A stretch of DNA of 64,000 nt from Squalus acanthias (GCA_030390025.1 CM059432.1:67334001-67398000), one strand, 5' to 3'; counted from the first letter of the stretch, positions 1 through 13,329 are shown. Notes: generated by a model from the sequence alone, not told the origin. Numbers and translations: made by a program.

Positions 1-215
1 TGCGCTGCGCCAGACCCCTCCCCTTTAATAAGGGGAGGAAGGCCTGCAGTACCACGGCACATAAAGCCGCGATATTGGCTCGCAACGCCCCAAGAGGGAC
101 GTGGGGCGCTTCCAGTAGCACCCCTCCTCCCTCTCGGGGCGCTACCTGGGAAATTCGGCCGCAGGGGCGCTAACTTTTTTGGGGCCCAAAGGGGGCGCTA
201 TCCAATCTTTACCCC
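1..215. mobile_element. End of a non-autonomous Harbinger-type element (cut by window start)
   Basis: GC-rich subterminal region with GGCGCTA motifs like those of 16925-21083; ends ...CAATCTTTACCCC (TIR-like), followed by TAT. Confidence 0.6.
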
Positions 216-226
216 TATGACTCTAT

Positions 227-1072
227 GGGCTGGATTTTGCCAATGGGGAGCTTTTGGAGGCGGGACTCCCACTTGTCGGATTTTAGTCCCGCCTCCATCG
301 ACTTCTGGCCAACCCACGCTATTTTCCCTTGATTGACCTTGTTAAGCCTGCCCAGCGGGCTTAGCAGGCCAATTAAGGGGAAGCCGGTTACAGAGAACGT
401 CAGCATATGACGTTTCATCTGTCAAAAATTTTTGACAGATGAATTGTTATCGTTTAACAGCTCTGTGAAGCTGTCAAACACTGACATTCTCTGTAGTTTG
501 ATGAGTTCTTGTATTCAAGACTCATCAAACCTCTTTTGTGAGCAGAAATGAGATGGTTGTTGCATTGGAGAATGCAGCAGCCATCTGTCATCTCTGCCGG
601 TGAGATGCGAGACTCTCCGCATCCCCAACGTTTGAAGCCTGCAGGAAGAAACAAAGGTAAGTAAACATTTTCTATCACTTTCCACTCACCTCACATACTT
701 ACTTCTCCACACTTGCACCTATCACTTACCTTCACAGCACACTTTTGGACCCCTCCGACCCCTGCAGACCCACTGCTCGCCTCGCTGACCCTAGCGGGGT
801 TCGCAGCCTTCGGGAAGCCCGCACTTGTGTGGGTAAAATGGGGATAATCCTCTTATCTGCCTGTTAACTACCTGTTAACAGGCAGTTAAGTGGCTGTTAT
901 CCCCTTCCCGCCTCCAAGGAGATGGGACCCGGTGCGGGTCGGCTACCCGCCTCCTGGCAAGATGGCACGGAGGCGGGTTGGGGGCGGGATGGGCACCCGC
1001 CCCCAGATTCTGCCATTTTCCCGGCAGTCCCATCTCCATACCCGCCTTCCCAGCGCTGGCAAGATCGCGCCC
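227..1072. mobile_element. Non-autonomous Harbinger-type element (MITE-like)
   Basis: TIRs GGGCTGGATTTTGC / GCAAGATCGCGCCC; 3-bp TSD TAT (224-226, 1073-1075); homologous to 8107-8908 in opposite orientation. Confidence 0.8.
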
Positions 1073-1089
1073 TATGACTCTACGATTCT

Positions 1090-1935
1090 CTGGCTACGAT
1101 TAGATAGATAAGAATGGAACCAGGCGAGTGCAGTCCCACCCAGCTGGATGACGAGGGAGAGGCGTTGGAGAAGGATGGAGTGGTCAACCGTGTCAAAGGC
1201 TGCAAACAAGTCAAGAAGGACGAGGAGGGATAGTTTTTGTCATAGTCACAAAAGATGTCACTTGTGACTTTGCTGAGAGCCGTTTCGGTACTGTGGTAGG
1301 GCAAAAACCTGATTGGAGGGATTCAAACATGGAGTTGCGTGAAAGGTGGGCACGGATTTGGGAGGCGACAACACGTTCAAGGACTTTGGAGAGGAAAGGG
1401 AGGTTGGAGATGGGGCAGTAGTTTGCAAGGACGGTAGGGTCAAGGGTTGTTTTTTTGCGGAGAGGGGTGATTTGAGGGAGAGGGCAACAGTACCTCAGGA
1501 GAGGGAACTGTTAACAATATCAGCTAACATGGGAGCCAGAAAAAGGAAGTTGGGTGGTCAGCAGTTTTGTGGGAATAGGGTCAAAGGAGCAGGAAGTGGG
1601 TCTCATGGACAAGATGAGCGCAGAGAGGTCATGAGGGGAGATCGGAGAGAAACTGGAGAAAGATGTGAGTTCAGGGCTAGGGCAGGGGGGAACCTTAGAG
1701 GAAGTTTAGCCTGGTGGGCTAGGGGAAGGAAGGGACGTGGCAGAGGCAGCTGATCGGATAGTCTCAGTCTTAGAGACAAAGAAGTCCATGAGCTCCTCAC
1801 ACTTGTTGTCGGAGATGAGGGTGAAGGAGACAGGGGAGAAGGGATTAAGAAGACGGTTATCAGTGGAGAATAGAAGCTGGGGTTTATCTTTGCATTCCAG
1901 AATGATTCTGGAATAGTGAGCAATTTTGGCAGATG
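1090..1935 (-). mobile_element. L2-clade LINE ORF2 fragment (degenerate)
   Basis: Minus-strand peptides such as PISNLPFLSKVLE, HSTETALSKVTSDI and [16 protein letters not shown], across frameshifts. Confidence 0.8.
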
Positions 1936-2049
1936 AGAGCAGGACCCGGTAATGCTTTAAGTGGTCCAGCCAGATCTGGCGGTAAATGGCTAAACCAGTT
2001 TTCCGCCATATCCGTTCAAGTCTGTTGTGGTGAATGGAGCGCCAAAGGC

Positions 2050-2540
2050 CCCCTTTTATCTCCTCTTTTTATTTTAAATGCAGTTATATCATTTCTAATC
2101 TTCCGATATTACATCCACCTGATCTATCTCCCTAGTAAATACTGAAGCAAAGTAATTTTTTAATATTTCTGCCATTTCGCTATTGTTACCTGTGATTTTA
2201 TCCTGACCGTCACTTAGTGGCCCTATACCCATCCCGACTTTCCTTATTTTGTTAATGTGCCTTTAGAATATTTTGCTATTTTGTTTTATGTTCCTTGATA
2301 ATTTAATTTCATAGTTCCTCTTTGCCTTCCTAATTGTTTTTTTGACTTCGCTCCTAATCTCATTATATTCTCCATTGTCATGCTCTCTCCTGCTGTCCAT
2401 GTACTTAATGTTCGTCTCTTTTCTTATCCTCAACTTTTCCCTTATGTCTTTATTCATGCATGGTGTCTTATTAGTGTTTAGCTTGTTCTTGTGTTTTAGC
2501 AGAATATATTTTTCCTGGACTCTTTTGAACACCGTTAGGA
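2050..2540 (-). mobile_element. CR1 LINE ORF2 fragment
   Basis: ORF 2263-2532 (KKTIRKAKRNYEIKLSRNIKQNSKIF) matches the CR1 EN-RT linker also seen at 62781-63707. Confidence 0.75.
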
Positions 2541-2542
2541 GT

Positions 2543-2862
2543 TAGGATACAGGCAGCAGAGTTTTGGATGAGCTCAAGTTTATGGAGGATGGAAGATGGA
2601 AGGCCGGCCAGGAGAGCATTGGAATAGTCAAGTCTAAAGGTAACAAAGGCATGGATGAGGGTTTCAGCAGCAAATGAGCTGAGGCAGGGGTGGGGTAGAG
2701 TAATGTTACGGAGGTGGAAGTAGGCTGTCTTGGTGATGGAGCAGATATGTGGTCAGAAGCTCTTCTTGGGGCCAAATACAACACCAAGGTTGTGAACGGT
2801 CTGGTTCAGCCTCAGACAGCTGGCAGGGAGAGGGATGGATTCAGTGACTAAGAAACAGAGGG
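2543..2862 (-). mobile_element. L2 LINE fragment
   Basis: Reverse-complement match to the L2 copy at 24290-24600 (TVHNLGVVF..., AETLIHAFVT). Confidence 0.8.
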
Positions 2863-4873
2863 GGTGGCGAGCGTGAAGCACGATGTATCTGCGCCCGTGC
2901 CACTCTGCCATTGCCCTTGCTGCTGTCAGCCAGTCCAGACTGTTGCAGCCCATGCCGAGGTGGTGCAGTCTACAGCCGGGCCTACTCGGCTCAGAGCTGC
3001 TCGTGGTCATCCTGCAAGGCCAACTACAGTGTCCCCCACGGAAATTCAGCAACCTTCCACCAGCCATGCTGAAACCACTGGGATTGCACTGTGTAGGTGT
3101 GCTAGAATAAGCAAAGGGACACGAAAGACAGGTGCTAAGGGAATGCACAAGGGTGTTTAGTTGACTTTGTTATGTTATATTGGATAGATTAATTTATTAA
3201 TTATGTTTGGAATCTGTATTTTATGGTGGCTCTCATTTCAGCTTTGTGCCCAAGAGGTGTTGTTCGGTGACAGAGGAATGGTAAGGTGAGAACTGTTGAG
3301 CAATGGGGATCTGGGGTTTCATTCAGGGGAACCGGAATCTGATGAGGCACTCACGGACAGCCCATCAGGAATGGGGATCTGCTGCCTGCCTCCTCCCTTC
3401 CTCTTCCTCCTGAGGTGGTCGTGGAACCCATGGTGGCAAGGGCTGGCCCTCATGATGGCCAAGTTGTGGAGGATGCAGCAGACCACCACAAAATGGGACA
3501 TCCGTTCCGGTGAGTACTGGAGGGCTCCTCCCGAGCGGTCAAGACAGCGCAATAGTTGCTTTAGCACCCCGATGGTCTGCTCAATGATGTTTCTCATGGC
3601 AGCATGGCTCTCATTATATGATTTCTGGCCACGAGCGGTGGGGTTGTGGAGGGGAGTCATTAGCCAGGTGTAGAGCGGATAGCCCTTGTCTCCGGGTTTG
3701 ACATGGTGGCTGGATGATTGCTGGCACACTGGACTGGCGCAGGATGAAGACTTCATGACTGCTGCTAGGATACCGGGCATTGACCATCAGGATGTGCTGG
3801 GTGTGGTTGCACACCAACTGCACATTAAGTGAGTGATTACCTTTGCAGTTGCGTTACACCTCAGGATTGATATGCGGCCCCCACAAATGCACCTGTTTGC
3901 AGTTGATGGCTCCCTGCACCATGGGGAAGGCCAATATCCTGGTAAAGCCATGTGTGTGCTCCTCCTCCTTCTCTCTTGTCAGTGAGAAGACAATGAAGTC
4001 CCTTCTCCTGCAGTACAGAGCCTCTGTGATCTCTCGGATGCAGTGATGGACTACGAACTGGGAGATGTTTGCTATGTCTTCTGCTCCAGACTGGAAGGAC
4101 CGGTGACAAAAAAAATTGAGGGCTAAAGTGACCATGAGGTGGCAGCGCTGTCAATACCCTGCTCTGAGACTGCAGGTCTGGTTCCAAGAGGTAGCAGAGT
4201 TCTATGACCACCTCCTTGGTGAAGTGGCGCCTCTGAATACACTGCTCCTGGTTTAATTGCAGATAGGAGAAGTGCTCTCGAAAGACCCTAGGTGGATAAG
4301 GCCTCCTGCTGAGAGCCCTCCTGCCCCTCCTCCTCCCTCTGAGAGCATCTTGTCCCCTTCTTTGCTGCCACTGCTCCATCTCCCTGTCAGCTCCAGCACG
4401 AGGGGTCTGCAAGTAGAGCCCCCATGACAGGGAGCAAAGGGTCTGACCTGAACCCTTGAATTCAGAAGTAAGGCTTTCTCTACTTGCAGCACCAGTCCCT
4501 GTCACCTCACCAACTTTAAATAACTGTAGAAAGCGCCAAACAGTTGCACAAACTTACACAAAGGCAGTAGAAATCAAAAAGCAATTAACCTGCAAGTTGT
4601 TGATGATCCCTTTAAATACCGCTGGTGGGGGGTCCCTCATGCAACTGAACGCATGTCCTGCTCAGCATGATTTGGAGAGGGGGTGCAGTCGAGCTGCGAT
4701 ATCCAAAATAGTAGGTCATGCGCTGGCGAGTGCAGGCAACGGCCGTGCTACCGACCTGGCCAAAATGGCGGCCGCCGCGGCCCGCACTGAAAGTGGGTGG
4801 AAGTGAGGCAGCCGCCTTTTTTTTGCCGAAACCGGGCTTAACAGCCGGCGCTAAGTTGCTGAATTTCACGGCC
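2863..4873. mobile_element. Truncated Harbinger element (left end missing)
   Basis: 3' end of a Myb-like gene on + (2864-3160), transposase pseudogene on -, right TIR GAATTTCACGGCC ending at 4873. Confidence 0.85.
3319..4425 (-). pseudogene. Harbinger (HARBI1-like) DDE transposase, frameshifted
   Basis: [27 protein letters not shown] and RNIIEQTIGVLKQ spread over several frames. Confidence 0.9.
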
Positions 4874-5714
4874 CACGTCTGTGGTGGGGACCAAAGACTT
4901 CCCAGTATTTAGTTGGAGGTGCTAAGGCCAATTGTAAGACCCCGACTGACACCCCAGTTGAGGCACCTGGGTTGAGATCAGTTACCTCATCACAGACCAG
5001 GAATCAAACTCGGTACCTTTCTGCTCTCTATGGCGCAGCTGTGAATCATTGGGGAGCTGATAGCAATGTTTTTAATTGGTTTCAGAAGACTCACATATAT
5101 TCATTTCATTTCATTTCATTCAGTATCAGCATCAACTATTTCTGGGTCAGGTATAAGAACAGGTCAAATGCAGAAAAAAGCTGTTCCTATTCGACTCCAA
5201 TAATGTACTCAGTCTCAAATTTCCATTTCAAACTCCAGACATTCTATGATTTACTTGAATCAGATAAACAATTAACGGTCATATTTTTCAGAATTCTGGG
5301 TATTTTGTGTTGTGGATCTGTGCCCACTAGGAGCTGGCCAAACTCCCTTCATATATGACCCTTGCAGTCAGTAGACAGTAAAGACTTTTATTCCATCAAT
5401 CTGGGCTACCTTCAAATCAGCCTCAGAGTTGAAAGAATACTGGCCTAGAAATCAGCACAAACCCAGTGCTGCACACGCTGCATGCAGTTAGTGAGGCCGG
5501 TGGCAGGACAACGGAAAATTGATCCGCTGACTGGGTTTGTTTATTACTGACGGCCACCAGTCGTGGCACCAGAGGCAGCTCACCAGTCGCAGAGAAGAGT
5601 GAATTCAGCCGAGGGGGGGAGACATTCAGGAGTGGGGGGGCAAGCAGTTCCTGGCAGTGGCCCACAAATTTAATGTGAAGCCAAAAGGAGCAGGATAAGG
5701 AAGTAAAACACTTC

Positions 5715-6471
5715 GGGGGAGAAATTGGGTACTTTTGCGCCTCCCGTTATTTCCTCTAGGGGGCGATAACGGGGCGCTAACCACTTACCGCCTGGGCGCG
5801 GCGAGAATATCGCCTCCCACTAAATCCGGCAGGAGGTTAGTGGCGGCGGTATGGCGTTGTGCCCCGATCTCCTTCGCCCGGAGTTCGTGACGTCATCGCC
5901 GTGCGCATCACCTCGGTTGCGCCCCAGACCCGAACTTCGGTTTTGCCCCCTGCAGCTTCGCTGGGCGACAACACTGGCAGCTGCAGGAGGCGTTGTTTGG
6001 GAGGCCGGGTGCTTCGGGTGTGATACTTAATGGCGAGGTGGCTGAGGTAGGGAAAAAAATAATCAAATGCTCGTTGTCTTTTTTTTGCTTTTTTCCCCAG
6101 CGCTCGATCAGCCAGGCACTCTGCTGCAGTGCATCGGGCTGATCAGGCTGGATCGTAGCTGTCGTTGGGGACCAGGTAAGTTGCTTGCCCTTGCAGAACC
6201 TGCAGTGATGGCCTTTCCCTTTAAGGGAGGGAAGGAGCCTTCCAACGCGACAGCACTGCACGGCCTATTGTGCAGCACTGCACAGCTACCGCCCCGCCTG
6301 CTGCCTGTTGCATCCCAGGAAAGAAGTGGAGCGCTTGATTTAGTGCTCAACTTCCTTCCTGGAGCGCAAAACTGAATTTTCTAAAAGTTGAGAAACATTA
6401 GCGCCTGGCGCTAATTTTTTCAACTTTTAAAAGTTAGCGCCCCAAACGGGCCAATAATGAATTTCTCCCCC
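5715..6471. mobile_element. Non-autonomous Harbinger element related to the 16925-21083 family (inverted)
   Basis: TIRs GGGGGAGAAATT / AATTTCTCCCCC; TSD TTC/TTT; contains the ATTAGCGCCTGGCGCTAAT palindrome. Confidence 0.8.
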
Positions 6472-6489
6472 TTTAACTGGTTTAGCTTC

Positions 6490-6957
6490 GCACTCAAGAA
6501 GCTCGACACCATCCAGGACAAAGCAGCCCGCTTGATTGGCACCCCATCACCACCTTAAACATTCACTCCCTCCACCACTGGCGTACCGTGGCTGCAGTGT
6601 GTACCATCTACAAGATGCACTGCAGCAACTCACCAAGGCTTCTTCGGCAGCACCTCCCAAACCTGCGACCTCTTCCACCTAGAGGACAAGGGCAGCAGGC
6701 GCATGGGAACACCACCACCTCCAAGTTTCCCTCCAAGTCACACACCATCCTGACTTAGGAGCATATTGCCGATCCTTCATCGTCACTGGGTCAAAATTCT
6801 GGAACTCCCTACCTAACAGCACTGTGCGAGTACCATCACCACACGGACTGCAGCGGTTCAAGAAGGCGGCTCACGACCACCTTCTCAAGGGCAACTAGGG
6901 ATGGGCAATAAATGCTGGCATTGCCAGCGACGCTCTGATCCCAGAAACAAATAAAAA
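6490..6957 (+). mobile_element. 3' end of a second LINE family (CR1-group, A-rich tail)
   Basis: Near-identical to the 3' ends at about 33680-34155 and 53370-53840 (KKLDTIQDKAARLIG... AAGGGCAAYTAGGGATGGGCAATAAA). Confidence 0.85.
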
Positions 6958-8037
6958 TGTTTTTTTAAATGTTGCGCTCATTTGCAATCCAATTTCGGAA
7001 AGGGGCCTGAAATAGGACAGTATGTAAACCCACTATTCCACTCAACCCTTCATATCTATACTTAATCCAGTTTCAAAATAGATATTCATCCAGTTATGAT
7101 ACAAGAAAGCATTTTGAAAGCAGTTTGAAAGCATTTAACTACTTTAATGCGAGTTTACTTTTTGCATTTTATTTATCTGTAGGAAAATAATATTGCCTGT
7201 AATCTCACTTGAGATTTGCCAGTTTTGTACACGTTCCAAGTTTAGTGATCATAATTAAAGCTAAATAAGTGAACTTATACTCAATTATCCATGTGCTGTC
7301 AAATACCTTTTCACCAATGAAAACCAGTTGAAATCTGTGATCCTGTCCTCCTAATAAAGTCCTTGGAAGAAATTGGTACTCACTGCACCTATTTTTCACC
7401 CAAAAGTACCAATTCTGGGGGCAATGCCCCGTTTCCCTAAGATACCTGAAAGATGCCTGACCCCATATTGGGTCGGTCAATTCTTAAGGCGTTGCTGGCA
7501 GCCACCTAAAACAGGTGTTCAGCCCCTTACCTATGTAAATGAGGGGTTTAACACCAGTTTTAGGACTCCTTTGCTCAATTGGCCGTCGTTCAGCGGAGCA
7601 AGTGTCGGGTCTCCTTCTCTCAGAAATCTTCAGCGGTCACTGTGGCTAATCGGCTGGCCGTCAACAACAGAAAAATGATTTTTTTAAATTTGCTGTGGTG
7701 CTGGGAGGTGCCGGAGTGCTCTTTCTGGCTCCACAGCACTCCTGAGAGCTGCTGCTGGCTACACTCGGTCCCCCTCCCATTGTCCTCCCCTCCTCTCCGG
7801 CAGTGGTAGGGCAGGCGGCCCGAAATTTGTCCTGTTGAGAGGAGGCCTAATTATTCGAACCTAGCGTATATGGTTTATTGCACCCATCATGGTCCTTTAC
7901 TTTGTAAGTATGTTTACAAAGGATGAAGTGTAAGAATAAATTGAGGTCAATTACCAGGCAGACACTGAAAAAAAAATCAGAATGATTTACATTGCTTCTT
8001 TCATGCAGCTTCTCAAGCTGACATGGATTAGAAGGCA

Positions 8038-8935
8038 TAAAAACAGAACATGCTGGAAATACTCAGCAAATCAGGCAGCATCTGTGGAGAGAGAAACAGA
8101 GTTAACGGGCAGAATTTTCATTGAGCCGTGGAGGCGGGTTTGGAGGCGGGACTGGATTGAAAATAGCTGAATCGGGGGTCCCGACCCCATCCCGCCCCCA
8201 ACCCGCCTCCATGCCAGTTTCACTGGAGGCGGGTACCCGACCTGTGCTGGGACCCGCCTCCACGGTAGTTAACAGGCAGTTTTTTGCCTACTCCCTATTT
8301 TTATGCCTGTATTGTGGGCTCTCCGACAGGTCCCAACCACGCCGTTTCAGCGAGGCGGACCGTGGGTCTGCAGGGGTTGGAGGGGTCGATATGTCCGGTG
8401 GGCAGGTGAGTGATGGGTGCATGTGTGCAGAGGTAAGTGTGTAAGGTACGTGTAAAGTGTGGAAAAAAGTTTTTCTTACCTTAACTTCCTCCTGCAGGTG
8501 TCAGCCCTTCAGGACTCGGGAGTCAGAAATCTCACCAGCACAGAAAGCAGAATGGCCGTTGAGCTGTCAAAAGCTGCAGCCTCTGCTTTTTGTTCTGCAG
8601 AGATCTCTAAATCAGCCTGAGAGGAAGGAATTAACTTAGAGTACAGATTGTCAGTGTTTGACAGCTTCAAGGAGCTGTCAAACGCTGATATTTCATCTGT
8701 CAAAAGCTCTTGACAGATGAAATGTCAATCTGCGATGTCACCTGTTGCCGGGTGGCCCTTAATTGGCCTACTGAGCCCGCTGGGCGGGCTCAACAAGGTC
8801 AATCAAGTGAAAATACAGTGGGTTGGCCACAAGTCGATGGAGGCGGGACTACAACCCAAAAAGTGGGATTCACGACCCTAACCCGATCCCAGTATCAAAA
8901 TCCAGCCCAACGTTTCAGGTTGATGACCTTTCGTT
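8038..8935. repeat. Short Penelope-like repeat split by the element at 8107-8908
   Basis: AAACAGAACATGCTGGAAATACTCAGC...GAGTTAAC|GTTTCAGGTTGATGACC is rejoined by removing the insert; family assignment from memory only. Confidence 0.45.
8107..8908. mobile_element. Non-autonomous Harbinger-type element, inverted copy of the 227-1072 family
   Basis: TIRs GGGCAGAATTTT / AAAATCCAGCCC; exact TSD AAC (8104-8106, 8909-8911). Confidence 0.85.
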
Positions 8936-9273
8936 CGAACTTCCGACGGGAAGTGCGTCGGATGCCTTCATGGTAAAGGGGCTTGGCGCGCACACCTAAC
9001 GACCACTGGCAGCATGTAGAGCAGACATATTATGACATCAATCTGTGTGCAACATTGATTTGATGCCAGCGTTGCCATTTTTAAACGTCACACTCCAGCC
9101 AACCCACCTCGCACAGCTGAACACGATATTAAACGGCGTGAAGGACCCCCACCAGCACTATTTAAAAGGATCATAAACTATTACAGGTTAGTTGCTGGAT
9201 TATTTATTTTGGCTGCTGGTGCAATTCGACACATTTGTCAAGCTTTCCGGTGCTTACCTACTACCTACACTTG

Positions 9274-9510
9274 TCAGCCATGGCTCAGTTGGTAGCATCC
9301 TCAGCCCCTGAGTCCCACTCCGGAGACTTGAGCACAAAAATCTAGCCTGACGCTCCAGTGCAGTACTAAGGGAGTGCTGCACTGTCGGAGGTGCTGTCTT
9401 TCGGATGAGACGTTAAACCGAGGCCCCATCTACTCATAGAATCATAGAAATTTACGGCACAAAAGGAGGCCATTTGACCCATTGTGTGCTCTCTCAGGTG
9501 GACGTACAAA
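9274..9510 (+). mobile_element. Deu-SINE (SacSINE1-like) 5' part, containing a ~55-bp CR1 3'-end insert at 9434-9488
   Basis: tRNA-like head (GGCTCAGTTGGTAGC) followed by GCTGCACTGTCGGAGGTGCTGTCTTTCGGATGAGACGTTAAACCGAGG. Confidence 0.7.
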
Positions 9511-10124
9511 GCCCTGTGCCAAGTTGGTGCTGGACTCCTTCATGCTCCTTGACATTGTGCGCAGGCTTTCCAGTCCACCAAGCATTTGGTTATGTACACC
9601 CATTCGCCTTCTTCTGTAGCCTGCCCCATCGAAGTCCTCATTTGACTCCTCTGCAGCAGAACTAATGTGCGACCTCTCCATCCGGCGAGCTGGCACCAGC
9701 GCTATTCTTTTTCCCCGCCCTGGCTCCTATGCACTTGTGCCCGGTGTCTAACCATGTGCAGATCCCTCCTCTACCCTAGTCTCTAAAATACAGGCAATGT
9801 CAGTATCTGAGCTGGTGGCTGCGACTGTAAGGTCGAGTGACGGTGTCTCTTCATCTTTACTGTCTTCTTCCTCTTCCACCACTGACTGGGAAGGCTCCAG
9901 TTCTTGGTTATTTGAAATGAAAAAGAAACAAGGGTTGGGTTGTGGTGAGGGGAGAGGAGAAAGTAAGAAGTGTGTGCTTACACCATCTGCAGCTTCTAAG
10001 TCAGAAGAGATTGCGGGATGAGTCGAAGTGGGATGAGAGAAGGAGGATTAGGTATGCAGACACCTTCATCATCCATCGCTTCAGCCCTGCTAGTGGCCAC
10101 AGCCCAGATTCCCTTTCCCATGAT

Positions 10125-10556
10125 AAACATAAACATAGAAAACATAGAATCTAGGAGCAGGAGTAGGCCATTCGGCCCGTCGAGCCTGCTCCACCATTCA
10201 ATACGATCATGGCTGATCATCCAAGTCCAATACCCTGTCCCTGCTTTAATCCCCACTGTACACATATCCCACCCTACCCCCGTAACCCCACGTATTTAAT
10301 TCCCCCCTAACATATCCTATTCTATCCCCACATATTTAATCCCCCCCTAACACTAAGGGTCAATTTATCATAGCCAAATCAACCTAACCCGCACATTTTT
10401 GGACTGTGGGAGGAAACCGGAGCACCCGGAGGAAACCCACGCAGACACGGGGAGAATGTGCAAACTCCACACAGACAGTCACCCGAGGTCAGATTCGAAC
10501 CCGGGTCCCTGGCGCTGTGAGGCACCAGTGCTAACCACTATGCCACCGTGTTGCCC
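10125..10556 (-). mobile_element. HE1-type V-SINE, full length
   Basis: tRNA head with A/B boxes (TGGCATAGTGG...GGTTCGAATC), V-domain GGAGTTTGCACATTCTCCCCGTGTCTGCGTGGGTTTCCTCCGGGTGCTCCGG, CR1-like tail, (CCC)ATGAT duplicated at the flanks. Confidence 0.9.
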
Positions 10557-11254
10557 ATGATGGCCAGCACTGTCTCCTCCATCGGGGTTAAAACATGCAG
10601 GTGCACTTGTCCTCCTCCAGTTAATTCCTGCTGCCTGCTGTTATGCACAACCTCCTGTAAGAAAGAAGGAAGTGTGTCAGTGAGTGTTGTGCAATATGTT
10701 TGGGTGAATGGCTGTCAAGGTTGAATAGCTGCCAATGTGTGCAAGCAGTGAGTTGTCAGTGCAAGGCTTGCAATAGTGCTAATTGTGTGAGGGTGAGGTA
10801 AAGCATATGATTTTTAGGGTTGAGTACTGATTGATGGAGGTTGTTGGTAGGTGGGTGATGGGGGTGTAGCAAATTGAGCAGTGGATGAGGCTCAGTGGTG
10901 CAGTTGGTAGGATATGCCATTTGAAGATGCATTCACTCACCTTGACAACTCGTGTGAGATTGTTAAACTTCTTCCCTTCCTGCACTGCATCCATATTCTT
11001 AGAGCTACACTCCTGGCACTGACCTCCGTCGCTACTTGCTCCCACTGCCTCCTGAGCATATGTCTGGAGGGCCTCCTGTCCCCCTGCAGATACAGGACAT
11101 CTCTCCTTCTCTCCACCTCTTCCACCAAGACCTCCAGTTCTTTGTCAGAAAACCTCGGTGCTTGCTCACAGCCCAGATTGCCTTTTGAAAAAATTCTCAC
11201 CATTTGTTGCAGTCACAATGCACCTCCCTTTTAAGAGTTGCAGGCTCCCTTTAA

Positions 11255-12007
11255 TTTTTTTTTAAATGGTAGAGGTTGGAAAATGTTGGTATTCAGAGGG
11301 ACCTGGGTGTCCTTGTATAAGAATCATTGTAAGTTAACATGCAGGTACAGCAAGCAATTAGGAAAGTAAATGGTATGTTAGCCTTTATTACAAAAAGATT
11401 AGAGTATAAGAGTAAAGAGGTCTTACTGCAATTATACAGGGCCTTGGTGAGACCACACCTGGAGTACTGTGTACAGTTTTGGTCTCCTTACCTAAGGAAG
11501 GATATACCTGCCTTATAGGAAGTGCAACGAAGGTTCACTAGACTGGTTCCTGGGATGAGGGGATTGTCCTTTGAGGAGAGATTGAGGAGACTAGTCCTAT
11601 ATTCCCTAGAATTAGAAGAATGAGAGGTGATCCCATTGAAACATATAAAATTCTTAAAGGGCTTGACAGGGTAGATGCAGGGAGGATGTTTCCCTTGACT
11701 GGGGAGTCAAGAACTAGGGGTCACAGTCCCAGAATAAGGGGTCAGCCAGTTAGGACTGAGATGAGGAGAAATTTCTTCCTCGAAGGATTGTGAATCTTTG
11801 GAATTCTCTACCTGAGAGGGCTATGGATACTCAGTTGTTGAGTATATTCAAGACAGCAATCGATAGATTTTTGGATATTAAGGGAATCAAGGGATATGGG
11901 ATAGTGCGGGAAGGTGGAGTTGAGGTAGCAGATCAGCCATGATCTTATTGAATGGCGGAGCAGGCTCGAAGGGCCGAATGGCCTTCTCCTGTCCTATTTC
12001 TTATGTT
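11255..12007 (+). mobile_element. 5'-truncated CR1 LINE
   Basis: [15 protein letters not shown] coding sequence, CR1 3' UTR and TTATGTTC tail; CTTTAA duplicated at the flanks. Confidence 0.9.
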
Positions 12008-12563
12008 CTTTAAGTAGCGCTAGCCACTCGCGATATCTGACCCTTGCTGATGCATGCAGCTAATGAAAAGCGCGGGTAGCGCTGGCTGCATGCAGAAATC
12101 ATATAAAGCAGCAAGCAGCATGAATTTCCTGTGCTGACTGCAACGCAAAGAACGGATGCGGGCTAATCGCGCACCGTGAAATTCACGCCCGTTTTCAGGG
12201 GTTAGCCAATTTCTCCCCCGATATCTTTAATTGGCGTCCCTCAGTTATCTCTTGCTACTGTGTATAATTTTTAAACTACTAAAGGCAATCTAGGAACAAA
12301 CATTTTGTACAAAACTCTCCCGATGTGAAGTTCTGCTCGAGTCACATCACTAATTGAATTGGCAATCCTTAATTTCTACTTCATACAGAGTTGGAATTTT
12401 TTAGCATAGAAATAAAATGTAATGACTTCTGGAAAATTCACTTCTCGGGAATATTGAGGGTACGGTTGTGTAGTGGTTATGTTACTGGACTACTAATCCA
12501 GGGAATATGAGTTCAAATCCCACCATGGCAGTTTGAGAATTTGAATTAAGTTTAAAACATCTT

Positions 12564-13329
12564 GGCCCAGAAATTAGGCTCCCTGGCTTCCCGTGGGTGC
12601 AAGGATCCCGCGCGCACCTACCTACCGCGCCTGCCGTTGACCTCTGGGCCTACGGGGACTTCAGCTCCTGGGCCTGCTCCAAGTGCCGGCGCGCAGTGTT
12701 TGTGTTTCCCAGGGGCGCAGTTAGTGCGATGCGTCCCCTGGGATCACGTGGGCCATGGAGAGCCAATGGCAGCAGACCATCTTTCATTCATAGATTTGAC
12801 AGGAAGACCTGTTAAATCTATGAATTGAAATCGGCCCCAAAACAACACCTGAACTTCAAATAAATTTTTAAAAAATCCATCACATTTTTAAAATAACTAT
12901 AAGTTAAATAAATTAACTACTTTAAACAAAAATGTAAATTTAAAAAAAAATTAAAATACTTTTTAACAGTGCTAAAAATAAACTTACCTTTCTTTAAAGT
13001 ATCTAAAAAAGATAAACCTGTTGAAATTTTTTTAAAATTGTAATTAGTTAACCACTTACCTTGTTGAAAACGGGTCTTGCGCCTCCTTTTTAAAAGCGCA
13101 GCCTCTTCAATACTTACCCTCCCGGAGAAACCGGAAAAAAAATCTAAGTTTGCTGCGTGCGCGCAGCCTCTACCGCGCACGCGGTTCACCTCTGAACCGC
13201 TTCCTTCACGAGACCGGAAGTTCCGGTTTCCTGCGCATGCGCAGTGCATGCAGGAAACTGGCACTTCAGGAGGCCTTACGGGTGAGTACACAGCGCGTAC
13301 TCACCTGGCAAGGGCCGAATTTCTGGCCC
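12564..13329. mobile_element. Non-autonomous Harbinger-type element, same family as 51380-52095
   Basis: TIRs GGCCCAGAAATT / AATTTCTGGCCC; colinear homology with 51380-52095. Confidence 0.85.

Larger units (their letters stand above)
8940..12219 (-). mobile_element. Degenerate Harbinger element carrying a Myb-like gene remnant, interrupted by SINEs and CR1
   Basis: Myb exon 1 at about 10941-11203 (APRFSDKELEVLVEEV...W; GTGAGT donor), exon 2 with TGGG motif, exon 3 at about 9520-9910; TIR AATTTCTCCCCC ending at 12219. Confidence 0.75.

Noticed and set aside
8895..8940. Hammerhead ribozyme in the Penelope-like repeat (minus strand)
   Set aside because: GAAAC and stem II are present, but the CUGAnGA core reads CGAACGA and the repeat is split by an insertion
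10490..10556. tRNA genes here and near 9280 and 12460
   Set aside because: These are SINE heads that continue into SINE bodies, with no complete cloverleaf or terminator
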